Assembly (NCBI RefSeq): GCF_963921235.1
Contig: NW_026948141.1
Coordinates: forward strand, 1-64,000
Direction: 5' to 3'
DNA: 64,000 nt
Source: Mobula hypostoma
Lineage: Eukaryota
The translations under genes were made by a program, and so were the position numbers. Under the pieces are notes generated by a model. It did no database searches. It worked only from the letters and a program-made list of their open reading frames with translations, and was not told the DNA's origin. Shown piece after piece: positions 24,001-34,868 of this stretch (position 1 is the first letter of the stretch; each line of letters starts with the position of its first letter).

Positions 24001-27000
24001 CTGCGTGTCCGTGTGTGTGTGCGAGTCTGTGCGTGTGTGTCTGCATGTCCGTGTGAGTCTGTGCGCGTGTGTCTGCGTGTCCGTGTGTCTGTGCGAGTCT
24101 GTACGTGTGTGTCTGCGTGTCCGTGTGTCTGCGCTAGTCTGTGCATGTGTGTCTGCATGTCCGTGTGTGTGTGCGAGTCTGTGTGTGTGTGTGTCTGCGT
24201 GTCTGTGCGTGTGTGCGAGTCTGTGCGTGTGTGTGTCTGCGTGTCCGTGTGTGTGTGCGAGACTGTGCGTGTGTGTCTGCGTGTCCGTGTGTCCGTGCGA
24301 GTCTGTGCGTGTGTGTCTGCTTGTCCGTCTGTGTGTACGAGTCTGTGCGTGTGTTTCTGCATGTCCGTGTGTGTGTGCGAGTCTGTGCGTGTGTGTCTGT
24401 GTGTCCGTGTGTGTGTGCGAATCTGTGCGTGTGTGTCTGCGTGTCCGTGTGTACATGCGAGTCTGTGTGTGTGTGCCTGTGTGTCCGTGCATGCTTGCGA
24501 GTCTGTGCGTGTATGTCTGCGTGTCCGTGTGTGCGTGCGAGTCTGTGTGTGTGTGTCTGCGTGTCCGTATGTGTGTGCGAGTCTGTGCATGTGTGGCTGC
24601 GTGTCCGTGTGTGTGTGCGAGTCTGTGCGTGTGTGTCTGCATGTCCGTGTGTCCGCGCGAGTCTGTGCGCGTGTGTCTGCGTGTCTGTGTGTCTGTGCGA
24701 GTCTGTACGTGTGTGTCTGCGTGTCCGTGTGTCCGCGCTAGTCTGTGCGCGTGTGTCTGCGTGTCCGTGTGTGTGTGCGAGTCTGTGTGTGTGTGTCTGC
24801 ATGTCCGTGTGTGTGTGCGAGTCTGTGCGTGTGTGTCTGCGTGTCCGTGTGTGTGTGCGAGTCTGTGCGTGTGTGTCTGCATGTCCGTGTGTGTGTGCGA
24901 GTCTGTGTGTGTGTGTGTCTGCATCTCCGTGTGTGTGTGCGAGTCTGTGCGTGTGTGTGTCTGCGTGTCCATGTGTGTGTGCGAGTCTGTGCGTGTGTGT
25001 CTGCATGTACATGTGTGTGTGCGAGTCTGTGCGTGTGTGTGTCTGCGTGTCCGTGTGTGTGTGCGAGTCTGTGCGTGTGTGTCTGCATGTCCATGTGTGT
25101 GTGCGAGTCTGTGCGTGTGTGTGTTTGCGTGTCCGTGTGTGTGTGCGAGTCTGTGTGTGTGTGTGTCTGCGTGTCCGTGTGTCCGTGCGAGTCTGTGCGT
25201 GTGTGTCTGCATGTCCGTGTGTCCGCGCGAGTCTGTGCGCGTGTGTCTGCATGTCCGTGTCTGTGTGCGAGTCTGTGCGTTTGTGTCTGCATGTCCGTGT
25301 GTGTGTGCGAGTCTGTGCGTGTGTGTCTGCATGTCCGTGTGTCCGTGCGAGTTTGTGCGTGTGTGTGTCTGCCTGTCTGTGCGTGTGTGTCTGCATGTCC
25401 GTGTGTGTGTGCGAGTCTGTGCGTGTGTGTGTCTGCGTGTCTGTGCGTGTGTGCGAGTCTGTGCGTGTGTGTGTCTGCGTGTCCGTGTGTGTGTGCGAGT
25501 CTGTGCGTGTGTGTCTGCGTGTCCGTGTGTGTGTGCGAGTCTGTGCGTGTGTATCTGCGTGTCCATGTGTGTGTGCGAGTCTGTGCGTGTGTGTCTGCCT
25601 GTCCGTGTGTGTGTGCGAGTCTGTGCATGTGTATCTGCATGTCCGTGTGTGTGTGCGAGTCTGTGCGTGTGTGTCTGCATGTCCGTGTGCCCGTGCGAGT
25701 CTGTGCGTGTGTGTCTGCGTGTCTGTGCGTGTGTGTCTGCGTGTCCGTGTGTGTGTGCGAGTCTGTGCGTGTGTGTCTGCGTGTCCGTGTGTCCGTGCGT
25801 GTCTGTGCGTGTGTGTCTGCGTGTCCGTGTGTGTGTGCGAGTCTGTGCGTGTGTGTCTGCGTGTCCGTGTGTCCGTGCGAGTCTGTGCGTGTGTGTCTGC
25901 GTGTCCGTGTGTGTGTGAGGGTCTGTGCCTGTGTGTCTGCGTATCCGTGTGTGTGTGCGAGTCTGTGCGTGTGTGTCTGCGTGTCCGTGTGTCCGTGCGA
26001 GTTTGTGCGTGTGTGTCTGCGTGTCTGTGTGTCCGTCCGAGTCTGTGCGTGTGTGTCTGCGTGTCCGTGTGTGTGTGCGAGTCTGTGTGCGGGTGTGTCT
26101 GCGTGTCCGTGTGTCCGTGCGAGTCTGTGCGTGTGTGTCTGCATGTCCGTGTGTCCGTGCGAGTCTGTGCGTGTGTGTCTGCGTGTCCGTGTGTGTGTGC
26201 GAGTCTGTGTGTGTGTGTGTCTGCCTGTCTGTGCATGTGTGTCTGCGTGTCCGTGTGTGTGTGCGAGTCTATGTGTGTGTGTGTGTCTGTATGTCCGTGT
26301 GTGTGTGCAAGTCTGTGGGTGTGTGTCTGCGTGTCCGTGTGTGTGTGCTAGTCTGTGTGCGTGTGTGTCTGCGTGTCCGTGTGTCCGTGCGAGTCTGTGC
26401 GTGTGTGTCTGCATGTCCGTGTGTCCGTGCGAATCTGTGCGTGTGTGTCTGCATGTCCGTGTGTCCGTGCGAGTTTGTGCGTGTGTGTGTCTGCCTGTCT
26501 GTGCGTGTGTGTCTGCATGTCCGTGTGTGTGTGCGAGTCTGTGCGTGTGTGTGTCTGCGTGTCTGTGCGTGTGTGCGAGTCTGTGCGTGTGTGTGTCTGC
26601 GTGTCCGTGTGTGTGTGCGAGTCTGTGCGTGTGTGTCTGCGTGTCCGTGTGTGTGTGCGAGTCTGTGTGTGTGTGTCTGCGTGTCCGTGTGTCCGTCCGA
26701 GTCTGTGCGTGTGTGTCTGCGTGTCCGTGTGTGTGTGCGAGTCTGTGTGCGGGTGTGTCTGCGTGTCCGTGTGTCCGTGCGAGTCTGTGCGTGTGTGTCT
26801 GCATGTCAGTGTGTCCGTGCGAGTCTGTGCGTGTGTGTCTGCCTGTCCGTGTGTGTGTGCTAGTCTGTGTGCGTGTGTGTCTGCGTGTCCGTGTGTGTGT
26901 GCTAGTCTGTGTGCGTGTGTGTCTGCGTGTCCGTGTGTCCGTGCGAGTCTGTGCGTGTGTGTCTGCATGTCCGTGTGTCCGTGCGAATCTGTGCGTGTGT

Positions 27001-29085
27001 GTCTGCATGTCCGTGTGTCCGTGCGTGTTTGTGTGTGTGTGTGTCTGCCTGTCTGTGCGTGTGTGTCTGGATGTCCGTGTGTGTGTGCGAGTCTGTGCGT
27101 GTGTGTGTCTGCGTGTCTGTGCGTGTGTGCGAGTCTGTGCGTGTGTGTGTCTGCGTGTCCGTGTGTGTGTGCGAATCTGTGTGTGTGTGTCTGCGTGTCC
27201 GTGTGTGTGTGCGAGTCTGTGCGTGTGTGTCTGCGTGTCCGTGTGTGTGTGCGTGTCTGTGCGTGTGTTTCTGCGTGTCCGTGTGTGTGTGCGAGTCTGT
27301 GCGTGTGTGTCTGCATGTCCGTGTGTGTGTGCGAGTCTGTTCGTGTGTATCTGCATGTCCGTGTGTGTGTGCGAGTCTGTGCGTGTGTGTCTGCATGTCC
27401 GTGTGTCCGTGCGAGTCTGTGCGTGTGTGTCTGCGTGTCTGTGCTTGTGTGCGAGTCTGTGTGTGTGTGTGTCTGCGTGTCCGTGTGTGTGTGCGAGTCT
27501 GTGCGTGTGTGTGTCTGCGTGTCTGTGTTTGTGTGCTAGTCTGTGTGGGTGTGTGTCTGCGTGTCCGTGTGTCCGTGCGAGTCTGTGCGTGTGTGTCTGC
27601 GTGTCCGTGTGTCCGTGCGAATCTGCGCGTGTGTGTCTGCATGTCCGTGTGTCCGTGCGAGTTTGTGCGTGTGTGTGTCTGCCTGTCTGTGCGTGTGTGT
27701 CTGCATGTCCGTGTGTGTGTGCGAGTCTGTGCGTGTGTGTGTCTGCGTGTCTGTGCGTGTGTGCGAGTCTGTGCGTGTGTGTGTCTGCGTGTCCGTGTGT
27801 GTGTGCGAGTCTGTGCGTGTGTGTCTGCGTGTCCGTGTGTGTGTGCGAGTCTGTGCGTGTGTTTCTGCGTGTCCGTGTGTGTGTGCGAGTCTGTGCGTGT
27901 GTGTCTGCATGTCCGTGTGTGTGTGCGAGTCTGTGCGTGTGTATCTGCATGTCCGTGTGTGTGTGCGAGTCTGTGCGTGTGTGTCTGCATGTCCGTGTGT
28001 CCGTGCGAGTCTGTGCGTGTGTGTCTGCGTGTCTGTGCGTTTGTGCGAGTCTGTGTGTGTGTGTGTCTGCGTGTCCGTGTGTGTGTGCGAGTCTGTGCGT
28101 GTGTGTCTGCATGTCCGTGTGTCCGTGCGAGTCTGTGCGTGTGTGTCTGCATGTCCACGTGTGTGTGCGAGCCTGTGCGTGTGTGTGTCTACGTGTCTGT
28201 GCATGTGTGCGAGTCTGTGCGTGTGTGTCTGCATGTCCGTGTGTCCGTGCGAGTCTGTGCGTGTGTGTCTGCGTGTCCGTGTGTGTGTGAGAGTCTGTGT
28301 GTGTGTGTGTCTGCGTGTCCGTGTGTGTGTGCGAGTCTGTGCGTGTGTGTCTGCGTGTCCGTGTGTCCGTGCGAGACTGTGCGTGTGTGTCTGCGTGTCC
28401 GTGTGTGTGTGCTAGTCTGTGTGCGTGTGTGTCTGCGTGTCCGTGTGTCCGTGCGAGTCTGTGCGTGTGTGTCTGCATGTCCGTGTGTCCGTGCGAATCT
28501 GTGCGTGTGTGTCTGCATGTCCGTGTGTCCGTGCGAGTTTGTGCGTGTGTGTGTCTGCCTGTCTGTGTGTGTGTGTCTGCATGTCCGTGTGTGTGTGCGA
28601 GTCTGTGCGTGTGTGTGTCTGCGTGTCTGTGCGTGTGTGCGAGTCTGTGCGTGTGTGTGTCTGCGAGTCTGTGCGTGTGTATCTGCATGTCCGTGTGTGT
28701 GTCTGCATGTCCGTGTGTCCGTGCGAGTCTGTGCGTGTGTGTCTGCGTGTCTGTGCGTGTGTGCGAGTCTGTGTGTGTGTGTGTCTGCGTGTCCGTGTGT
28801 GTGTGCGAGTCTGTGCGTGTGTGTCTGCATGTCCGTGTGTCTGTGCGAGTCTGTGCGTGTGTGTCTGCATGTCCACGTGTGTGTGCGAGCCTGTGCGTGT
28901 GTGTTTCTGCGTGTCTGTGCATGTGTGCGAGTCTGTGCGTGTGTGTCTGCGTGTCCGTGTGTGTGTGAGAGTCTGTGTGTGTGTGTGTCTGCGTGTCCGT
29001 GTGTGTGTGCGAGTGTGTGCGTGTGTGTCTGCGTGTCTGTGCGTGTGTGCGAGTCTGTGTGTGTGTGTGTGTCTGCATGTCTGTT
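1..29085. repeat. GT-rich 40-bp minisatellite/satellite array, about 730 units, continues past the left edge
   Basis: Consensus unit TGCGAGTCTGTGCGTGTGTGTCTGCGTGTCCGTGTGTGTG repeats throughout. Variants include gcgt/gcat and gtgtg/gtccg, with mostly even-length indels. The + strand is nearly devoid of A. Confidence 0.99.
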
Positions 29086-29316
29086 CGTGCATCCGTGATA
29101 ATGTCTTTTTTTTTCATGGCTTTTAACAAGGCACGCCACTCCTCTCACAGACATTTTTGCAGGCTTTTCCCTTTATTTTACGAGGTTGAGTTGCGATCTC
29201 GACACTCAACCCGGCACGGATGGAAAGCGCACTCAGGAGCGGACCCGACTAGTTTTGAACCCGGGAACCTCCGCTCCCAGGTCTGGCGCCGATGTCGTTG
29301 CGCCACCAGCCGGCCC
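29086..29316 (-). mobile_element. tRNA-derived SINE whose 3' tail runs into the 40-bp array
   Basis: Minus strand reads GGGCCGGCTGGTGGCGCAACG (A-box-like), then GGTTCAAAAC (B box, 29252-29261), an 8-bp hairpin (29184-29211), an A-rich stretch, and ATCACGGATGCACGAACAGACATGCAGACACACAC grading into the satellite. Confidence 0.8.
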
Positions 29317-29478
29317 AGTTCTAACTAACCTGATTGAGTGTTTTGATAAGGTGTTGAGAGTGATAGATGAAAGGAGAGCTGCGGATGTTGTCTACGTGGG
29401 TTTTCGAAAGGCGTTTAACAAGTCCCTCATGGGAGGCTCAACCAGAAAATTAAAATGCATCGGCTTCAGAGAAGAAGT

Positions 29479-30130
29479 CATAGAAACATAGAAACATAGA
29501 AAATAGGTGCAGGAGTAGGCCATTCGGACCTTCGAGCCTGCACCGCCATTTATTATGATCATGGCTGATCATCCAACTCAGAACCCCGCCCCAGCCTTCC
29601 CTCCATACCCCCTGACCCCTGTAGCCACGAGGGCCATATCTAACTCCCTCTTAAACATAGCCAATGAACTGGCCTCAACAGTTTGCTGTGGCAGAGAATT
29701 CCACAGATTCACCACTCTCTGTGTGAAGAAGTTTTTCCTAATCTCGGTCCTAAAAGGCTTCCCCTCTATCCTCAAACTGTGACCCCTCGTTCTGGACTTC
29801 CCCAACATCAGGAACAATCTTCCTGCATCTAGCCTGTTCAATCCCTTTAGGATCTTATACGTTTCAATCAGATCCCCCCTCAATCTTCTAAATTCCAACG
29901 AGTACAAGCCCAATTCATCCAGTCTTTCTTCATATGAAAGTCCTGCCATCCCAGGAATCAATCTGGTGAACCTTCTTTGTACTCCCTCTATGGCAAAGAT
30001 GTCTTTCCTCAGATTAGGGGACCAAAACTGCACACAATACTCCAGGTGTGGTCTCACCAAGGCCTTGTACAACTGCAGTAGTACCTCCCTGCTCCTGTAG
30101 TCGAATCCTCTCGCTATAAATGCCAGCATA
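29479..30130 (-). mobile_element. Young 5'-truncated CR1 LINE 3' end
   Basis: Uninterrupted ORF2 C-terminus MLAFIARG...LVRPHLEYCVQFWSP...NFFTQRVVNLWNSLP, with a (CATAGAAA)3 tail at 29479-29502. Confidence 0.95.
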
Positions 30131-30392
30131 TAGAGAGTGATTGTAGGTAGGTGCCTCTCTGACTGGAGGCTTGTGACTAGTGGAGTGCCATAGGGGTCAG
30201 TGCTGGGTCTGTTGTTGTTTAACATCTAAGTCAATGATAATGTGGTAAACTGGATCAGCAAATTTGTGGATGACACCAGGATTGGGGGTGTAATGGACAG
30301 AGAGGAAGGCTATCAAAGCTTTACGTGCGATCTGGATCAGGTGGGAAAATGGGCTGAAAGATGTTTCTGTGCTGTGGTGTTCTATGACTCTA
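30131..30392 (+). mobile_element. Internally deleted CR1 fragment (RT piece joined to 3' tail)
   Basis: VTSGVP.GSVLG-type and ISKFVDDTRIGG coding remnants, followed by a TTTCTGTGCTGT..TTCTATGACTCTA tail. Confidence 0.75.
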
Positions 30393-31669
30393 CGGAATCC
30401 GTGGTGAATTGGCCACTTGGATTCAGAATTGGCTTGCCCATGGAAGACAGAGGGTAGTGGTCAAAGGGACTTATTTTTAGCTGGTGGTCTGTAATTAGTG
30501 GTGTTCTGCAGAGATCTGTAATGGGACATCTGTTTGTGATGAAATCTGGATGAAAATGTAGGTGGCTGGGTTAGTAAGTCTTTAGATGATATGAAGGTTA
30601 GTGGTGCTTGCCCTTGAGGCATTGAGTTCAAAAGTCAGGAAGTTATGGTACAACTTTATAAAACTCTAGTTAGGCTGCATCTGGAGTATTTTTTACAGTT
30701 CTGGTCACCTGTAATAGGAAGGAGGTCGAGGCTTTGGAGAGGGTGCAGGAGTGGTTTACCAGGATGTTACCTGGATCAGAAGGCATGTGCTTATAATGAG
30801 AGGTTGGACAAACATGGATTCTTTCTCTGGAGTGGTGGAGGTTGAGGGAGATCTGATAGATGTTTTTAAGATTATGAGAGGCATAGATAGAGTATCTTTC
30901 TCCAAGGGTTGAAATGTCTAATACCAGAGAGCATGCATTTTCGGTGAGAAGGATTAATTTCAAAGGAGATATGAGGGGCAAGTTTTTTTTTACACAGAGA
31001 GTGGTGGGTTCCTGGAATGCACTAGCTGGGGTGGTGGTAGAGACAGATACATTAGAAACTTTTAAAAGATAGAAGAGATTAGTTTAGATAACTATTTGAT
31101 TACTAATTTAATTGGTTCGGCACAGCATTGTGAGCCAAAGGGCCTGTTTCTGTGCTTTACTAATCTATGTTCTATTTTAGAGTGATGAAGTGGAGTTAAT
31201 GTCATATGGAATATATGATTATCAGGTTCAAACAGGCTTTTTATTAACTGCGTTATCATTTCACAGTTAAACAATTCCACTGTTACGAAAGACCAAACCC
31301 TCTAACTGAACCAAAAGGGAACTTCTCTTTGGAGTAATTTCTTAATGAATGCTATCACTGTTTATTTAATTGGAAATCAAAACAGGGATCTGGAGTGATT
31401 CCATGCTTTCTGGCCTTGATTTCCCATCACAAGCATCTAATCAGGATAGTCTGGGCAACATGCCAGAGAGAGATGAAGCTATTTGTATTCAGAGTTGCTT
31501 CTAAGGGCTTCCCTGAGCTGATGTTGTGTAAATGGGCTTTGTATGTAAGAATTCCAGGCAGGAGTCAGTAGTTCAGCCACTTGTGTCTGTACTACCAATC
31601 AGCCTTTTAACTTGACCAATCCTGGATCCCTTGATTCCCTTCAGGTCAAAAAACAAATTCTTACCGACC

Positions 31670-32020
31670 TCTGTCTGCTTCAAGAAGGCAGCATCCATCT
31701 TGAAGGACCCTCACCACCCAGGATATGCCCTCTTTTCATTACTACCATCAGGGAGAAGGTACAGGTACTCACCTGAAACACTCATATCCAGGTAATAATT
31801 TTGGAACACTTTTCCCCTCTGCCATCAGACTTCTGAATAGTCCGTGAACCCGTAAACACTAGTCCACTATTTTACTCTCTTTTTGGACTATTTATTTAGA
31901 AACATAGAAACTTAGAAAAACTCCAGCGCAATACAGGTCCTTTAGCCCATAGTGCTGTGCCGAACATGTACATTTATTTTCATACTTCTTACAATTTCTA
32001 TTATTTTTTCTGTATTGTAC
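31670..32020 (+). mobile_element. Old Rex1/Babar-type LINE 3' remnant with a small minus-strand CR1 tail inserted at about 31897-31968
   Basis: Remnants resembling KDP.HPG.ALFSLLPSGRRYR and FPSAIRLLN; TAGAAACATAGAAAC tail at 31897. Confidence 0.6.
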
Positions 32021-32136
32021 TGTTATCCCCATAATTCTCTCTTTCATTGGAATCACTTGAGTTTGAATGCATTGTGACCAATGTTTTTGCACTTTCAGTT
32101 GGTTTCATGAAAACTGTTGAGTCCTATGTTTAAGCT

Positions 32137-32660
32137 GTTGAGTACTGTGTCTAGTTCTGGTCGCCTCACTATAGGAAGGATGTGGAAGCATTGGAAAGGG
32201 TTCAGAGGAGATTTACCAGGATGCTGCCTGGTTTAGAGAGGATGGATTATGATCAGAGATTAAGGGAGCTAGGGCTTTACTCTCTGGAGAGAAGGAGGAT
32301 GAGAGGAGACATGATAGAGGTGTACAAGATATTAAGAGGAATAGATAGGGTGGATAGCCAGTGCCTCTTCCCCAGGGCACCACTGCTCAATACAAGGGGA
32401 CATGGCTTTAAGGTAAGGGGTGGGAAGTTCAAGGGGGATATTAGAGGAATGTTTTTTACTCAGAGAGTGGTTGGTGCGTGGAATGCACTGCCTGAGTCAG
32501 TGGTGGAGGCAGATACACTAGTGAAGTTTAAGAGACTACTAGACAGGTATATGGAGGAATTTAAGGTGGAGGGTTATATGGGAGGCAGGGTTTAAGGGTC
32601 GGTACAACATTGTGGGCTGAAGGGCCTGTACTGTGCTCTACTATTCTATGTTTTATGTTA
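32137..32660 (+). mobile_element. CR1 LINE 3' end
   Basis: ORF 32182-32595 ALERVQRRFTRMLPG...FFTQRVVGAWNALP, followed by a CTATTCTATGTTTTATG tail. Confidence 0.95.
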
Positions 32661-33059
32661 AATCAAGAAAGTTAATGACATTTATTGCAAGTCATTCTAA
32701 TGGTATTGCTTAATTCAAAAATGAGATTGATGACCTTCTGATGATTTAATTACGTAAATAAAAGGGGGCATTGAAGTTTACTGTGATGATCGAAAAGATA
32801 ACCAGGGTTGACACTGGAGTGGTGGTGTGCTGGTGAAAATCAGCAGGCAGTTATGATCAGTCCAATTCCACCCCCCCACCCTTTTCTGTTTTTCCCCCGA
32901 AAGAACTATTTAATTAGTTTACATTTTATTGTCTGATTTGGTCATGAAAAATGTTAGATAGAACCATAAACTTAACAAGCAGGATGTGGGAGGGTCAATT
33001 TACACTCTAGTTATTGCTGGTATGGCTGAGTTACATTGTACATCAATATTTATTACTTA

Positions 33060-33258
33060 TTTATAATTATTATATTGTTTATTTTTGTATTTTCAGTTTG
33101 TTGCTCTGAATACATTGGTTGCCTATCTTGTGTGCTTATTTTGCTAATTCTATAGTGTTTCTTTGTATTTACTGTGAATGCCTGTAGGAAAATGAATCTC
33201 AGGGTTGTATATGGTGACATATATGTACTTTGATAATAACATTGACTTTGAACTTTGA
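33060..33258 (+). mobile_element. LINE 3' UTR remnant (Rex/Babar-type), same family as about 62450-62831
   Basis: ATCTCAGGGTTGTATATGGTGAC...TACTTTGATAATAA...ACTTTGAACTTTGA is shared with 62770-62830. Confidence 0.6.
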
Positions 33259-33339
33259 CCATCCCTCAATGCTGTTGAGAAGATGGGTGTGAGCCACCTT
33301 CCTGAATTGTTGCGGGGCATTGGTCATTCCTATCGTGCA

Positions 33340-34140
33340 GATAAAGGAGCGTGAGTCGGCCATCCGGCCCATCGAGCCTGCCTCGCCATTCAATAAGGTC
33401 ATGGCTGATCTGTCCGTAAACTCAGCTCCATCTGCCTGCCTTTTCCCCATAACCCTTAATTCCCTTACTATGTATGATGCAACACAGAGCGTCATAGGAA
33501 GTCATTCCTGCCTGTGGCCATCAAACTTTACAACTTTACTTAAATATATTTAGTGAAGAAGCCTCAGCTGCTTCCCTGGGCAGAGAATTCCACAGATTCA
33601 CCACTCTCTGGTAAAAACAGTTTCTCCTCATCTCCGTCCTAAATCTTCTCCCCTGAATCTTGAGGCAATGTCCCCTCGTTCTAGTCTCACCTACCAATGG
33701 AAACAACTTTCCTACTTTTATCTTATCTATCCCTTTCAGAATTTTGTCTGTTTCTGTAAGATCCTCTCTCATTTTTCTGAACTCCAGAGAGTATAGTCCC
33801 AGGCGACTCAATCTCTCCTCATAGGTTAACCCCTTCATCCCTGGAATTAACCTGGTGAACCTCCTCTGCACTGCCTCCAAAGCCAGTATATCCTTCCTCA
33901 AGTATGGAGACCAGAACTGCACACAGTACTCCAGGTCCGGCCTCACCAGTACCCTGTATAGTTTCAGCATGACCTCCCTGCTCTTGAATTCAGTCCCTCT
34001 AGCAATGAAGGCCAACATTCCGTTTGCCTTCTTAATAACTTGTTGTACCTGCAAGCCAACTTTTTGCAATTCATGAACAGGCACTATCAAGTCCCTCTGC
34101 ACAACAACATGCTGCAATCTTTCACCATTTAAATAATAAC
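33340..34140 (-). mobile_element. CR1 LINE 3' part carrying a 60-bp foreign patch at 33476-33535
   Basis: ORF 33536-34153 KKANGMLAFIARG...LEYCVQFWSPYLRKD...QRVVNLWNSLP. Confidence 0.93.
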
Positions 34141-34149
34141 CTAGATGTC

Positions 34150-34865
34150 GCAAAAAAAAGGAGCTCGTTGTGGATTACAGGAGGAATGGAGACGGGTTAA
34201 CCCTATTGACAGCAATGGATCTGGGGTGAGAGGGTAAACAGCTTTAAGTTCCTCAGGATGCACATCACCGAGGACCTCACGTGATCTGTACACATCAGCT
34301 GTGTGATGAAAAAAGCACAACAGCGCCTCTTTCACCTCAGACAGTTGAGGAAGTTTGGTATGGGTCCCAAATCCTAAGAACTTTCTACAGGGGCACAATT
34401 GAGAACATCTTGACTGGCTGCATCACTGCCTGGTATGGGAACTGTACCTCCCTCAATCACACGACTCTGCAGAGAGTGGTGTGGACAGCCCAGCACGTCT
34501 GTAGTTGTGAACTTCCCATGATTCAGTACATTTACAAAGACAGGTGTGTAAAAAGGGCCCATAGGATCTTTGGGGACCCGAGTCACCCCAACCACAATCT
34601 ATTCCAGCTGCTACCATCTGGGAAATGGTACCGCAGCATTAGAGGTAGGACCAACAGGCTCCGACACAGCTTCTTCCAGCAGGCCATCAGACTGATTAAC
34701 TCACGTTGATTTGAGTGTATTCCATGTTACATTGACTGTTCTATTTATTATAAATTATTATAAATTACTGATTGCACATTGCACATTTAGACAGAGATGT
34801 AACATAAAGATTTTTACTCCTCATGTATGTGAAGGATGTAAGAAATAAAGTCAATTCAATTCAAT
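34150..34865 (+). mobile_element. Rex1/Babar-type LINE 3' part
   Basis: ORF 34281-34709 ILRTFYRGTIENILTGCITAWYGNC...DPSHPNHNLFQLLPSGK...SFFQQAIRLIN; AATAAA followed by a (TCAAT)n tail. Confidence 0.85.
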
Positions 34866-34868
34866 ACT

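Larger units (their letters stand above)
29320..31175 (+). mobile_element. Degenerate CR1 LINE (RT to 3' end), split by two nested CR1 insertions at about 29461-30395
   Basis: LTNLIECFDKV...DVVYVGFRKAFNK (CR1 RT) at 29320-29460 resumes at about 30397. It continues as LYKTLVRLHLEYFLQFWSP (30645-) and ends in a GGGCCTGTTTCTGTGC...CTATGTTCTA tail. Confidence 0.85.

Noticed and set aside
2..29154. Giant Cys/Val-rich and His/Thr-rich ORFs (up to 3811 aa) in all six frames
   Set aside because: They are translations of the A-poor GT satellite, which lacks stop codons by composition. They are open in every frame and show no domain or splice structure.
29240..29316. Functional tRNA gene
   Set aside because: It has A/B boxes but no convincing cloverleaf, and it continues into SINE body and tail.
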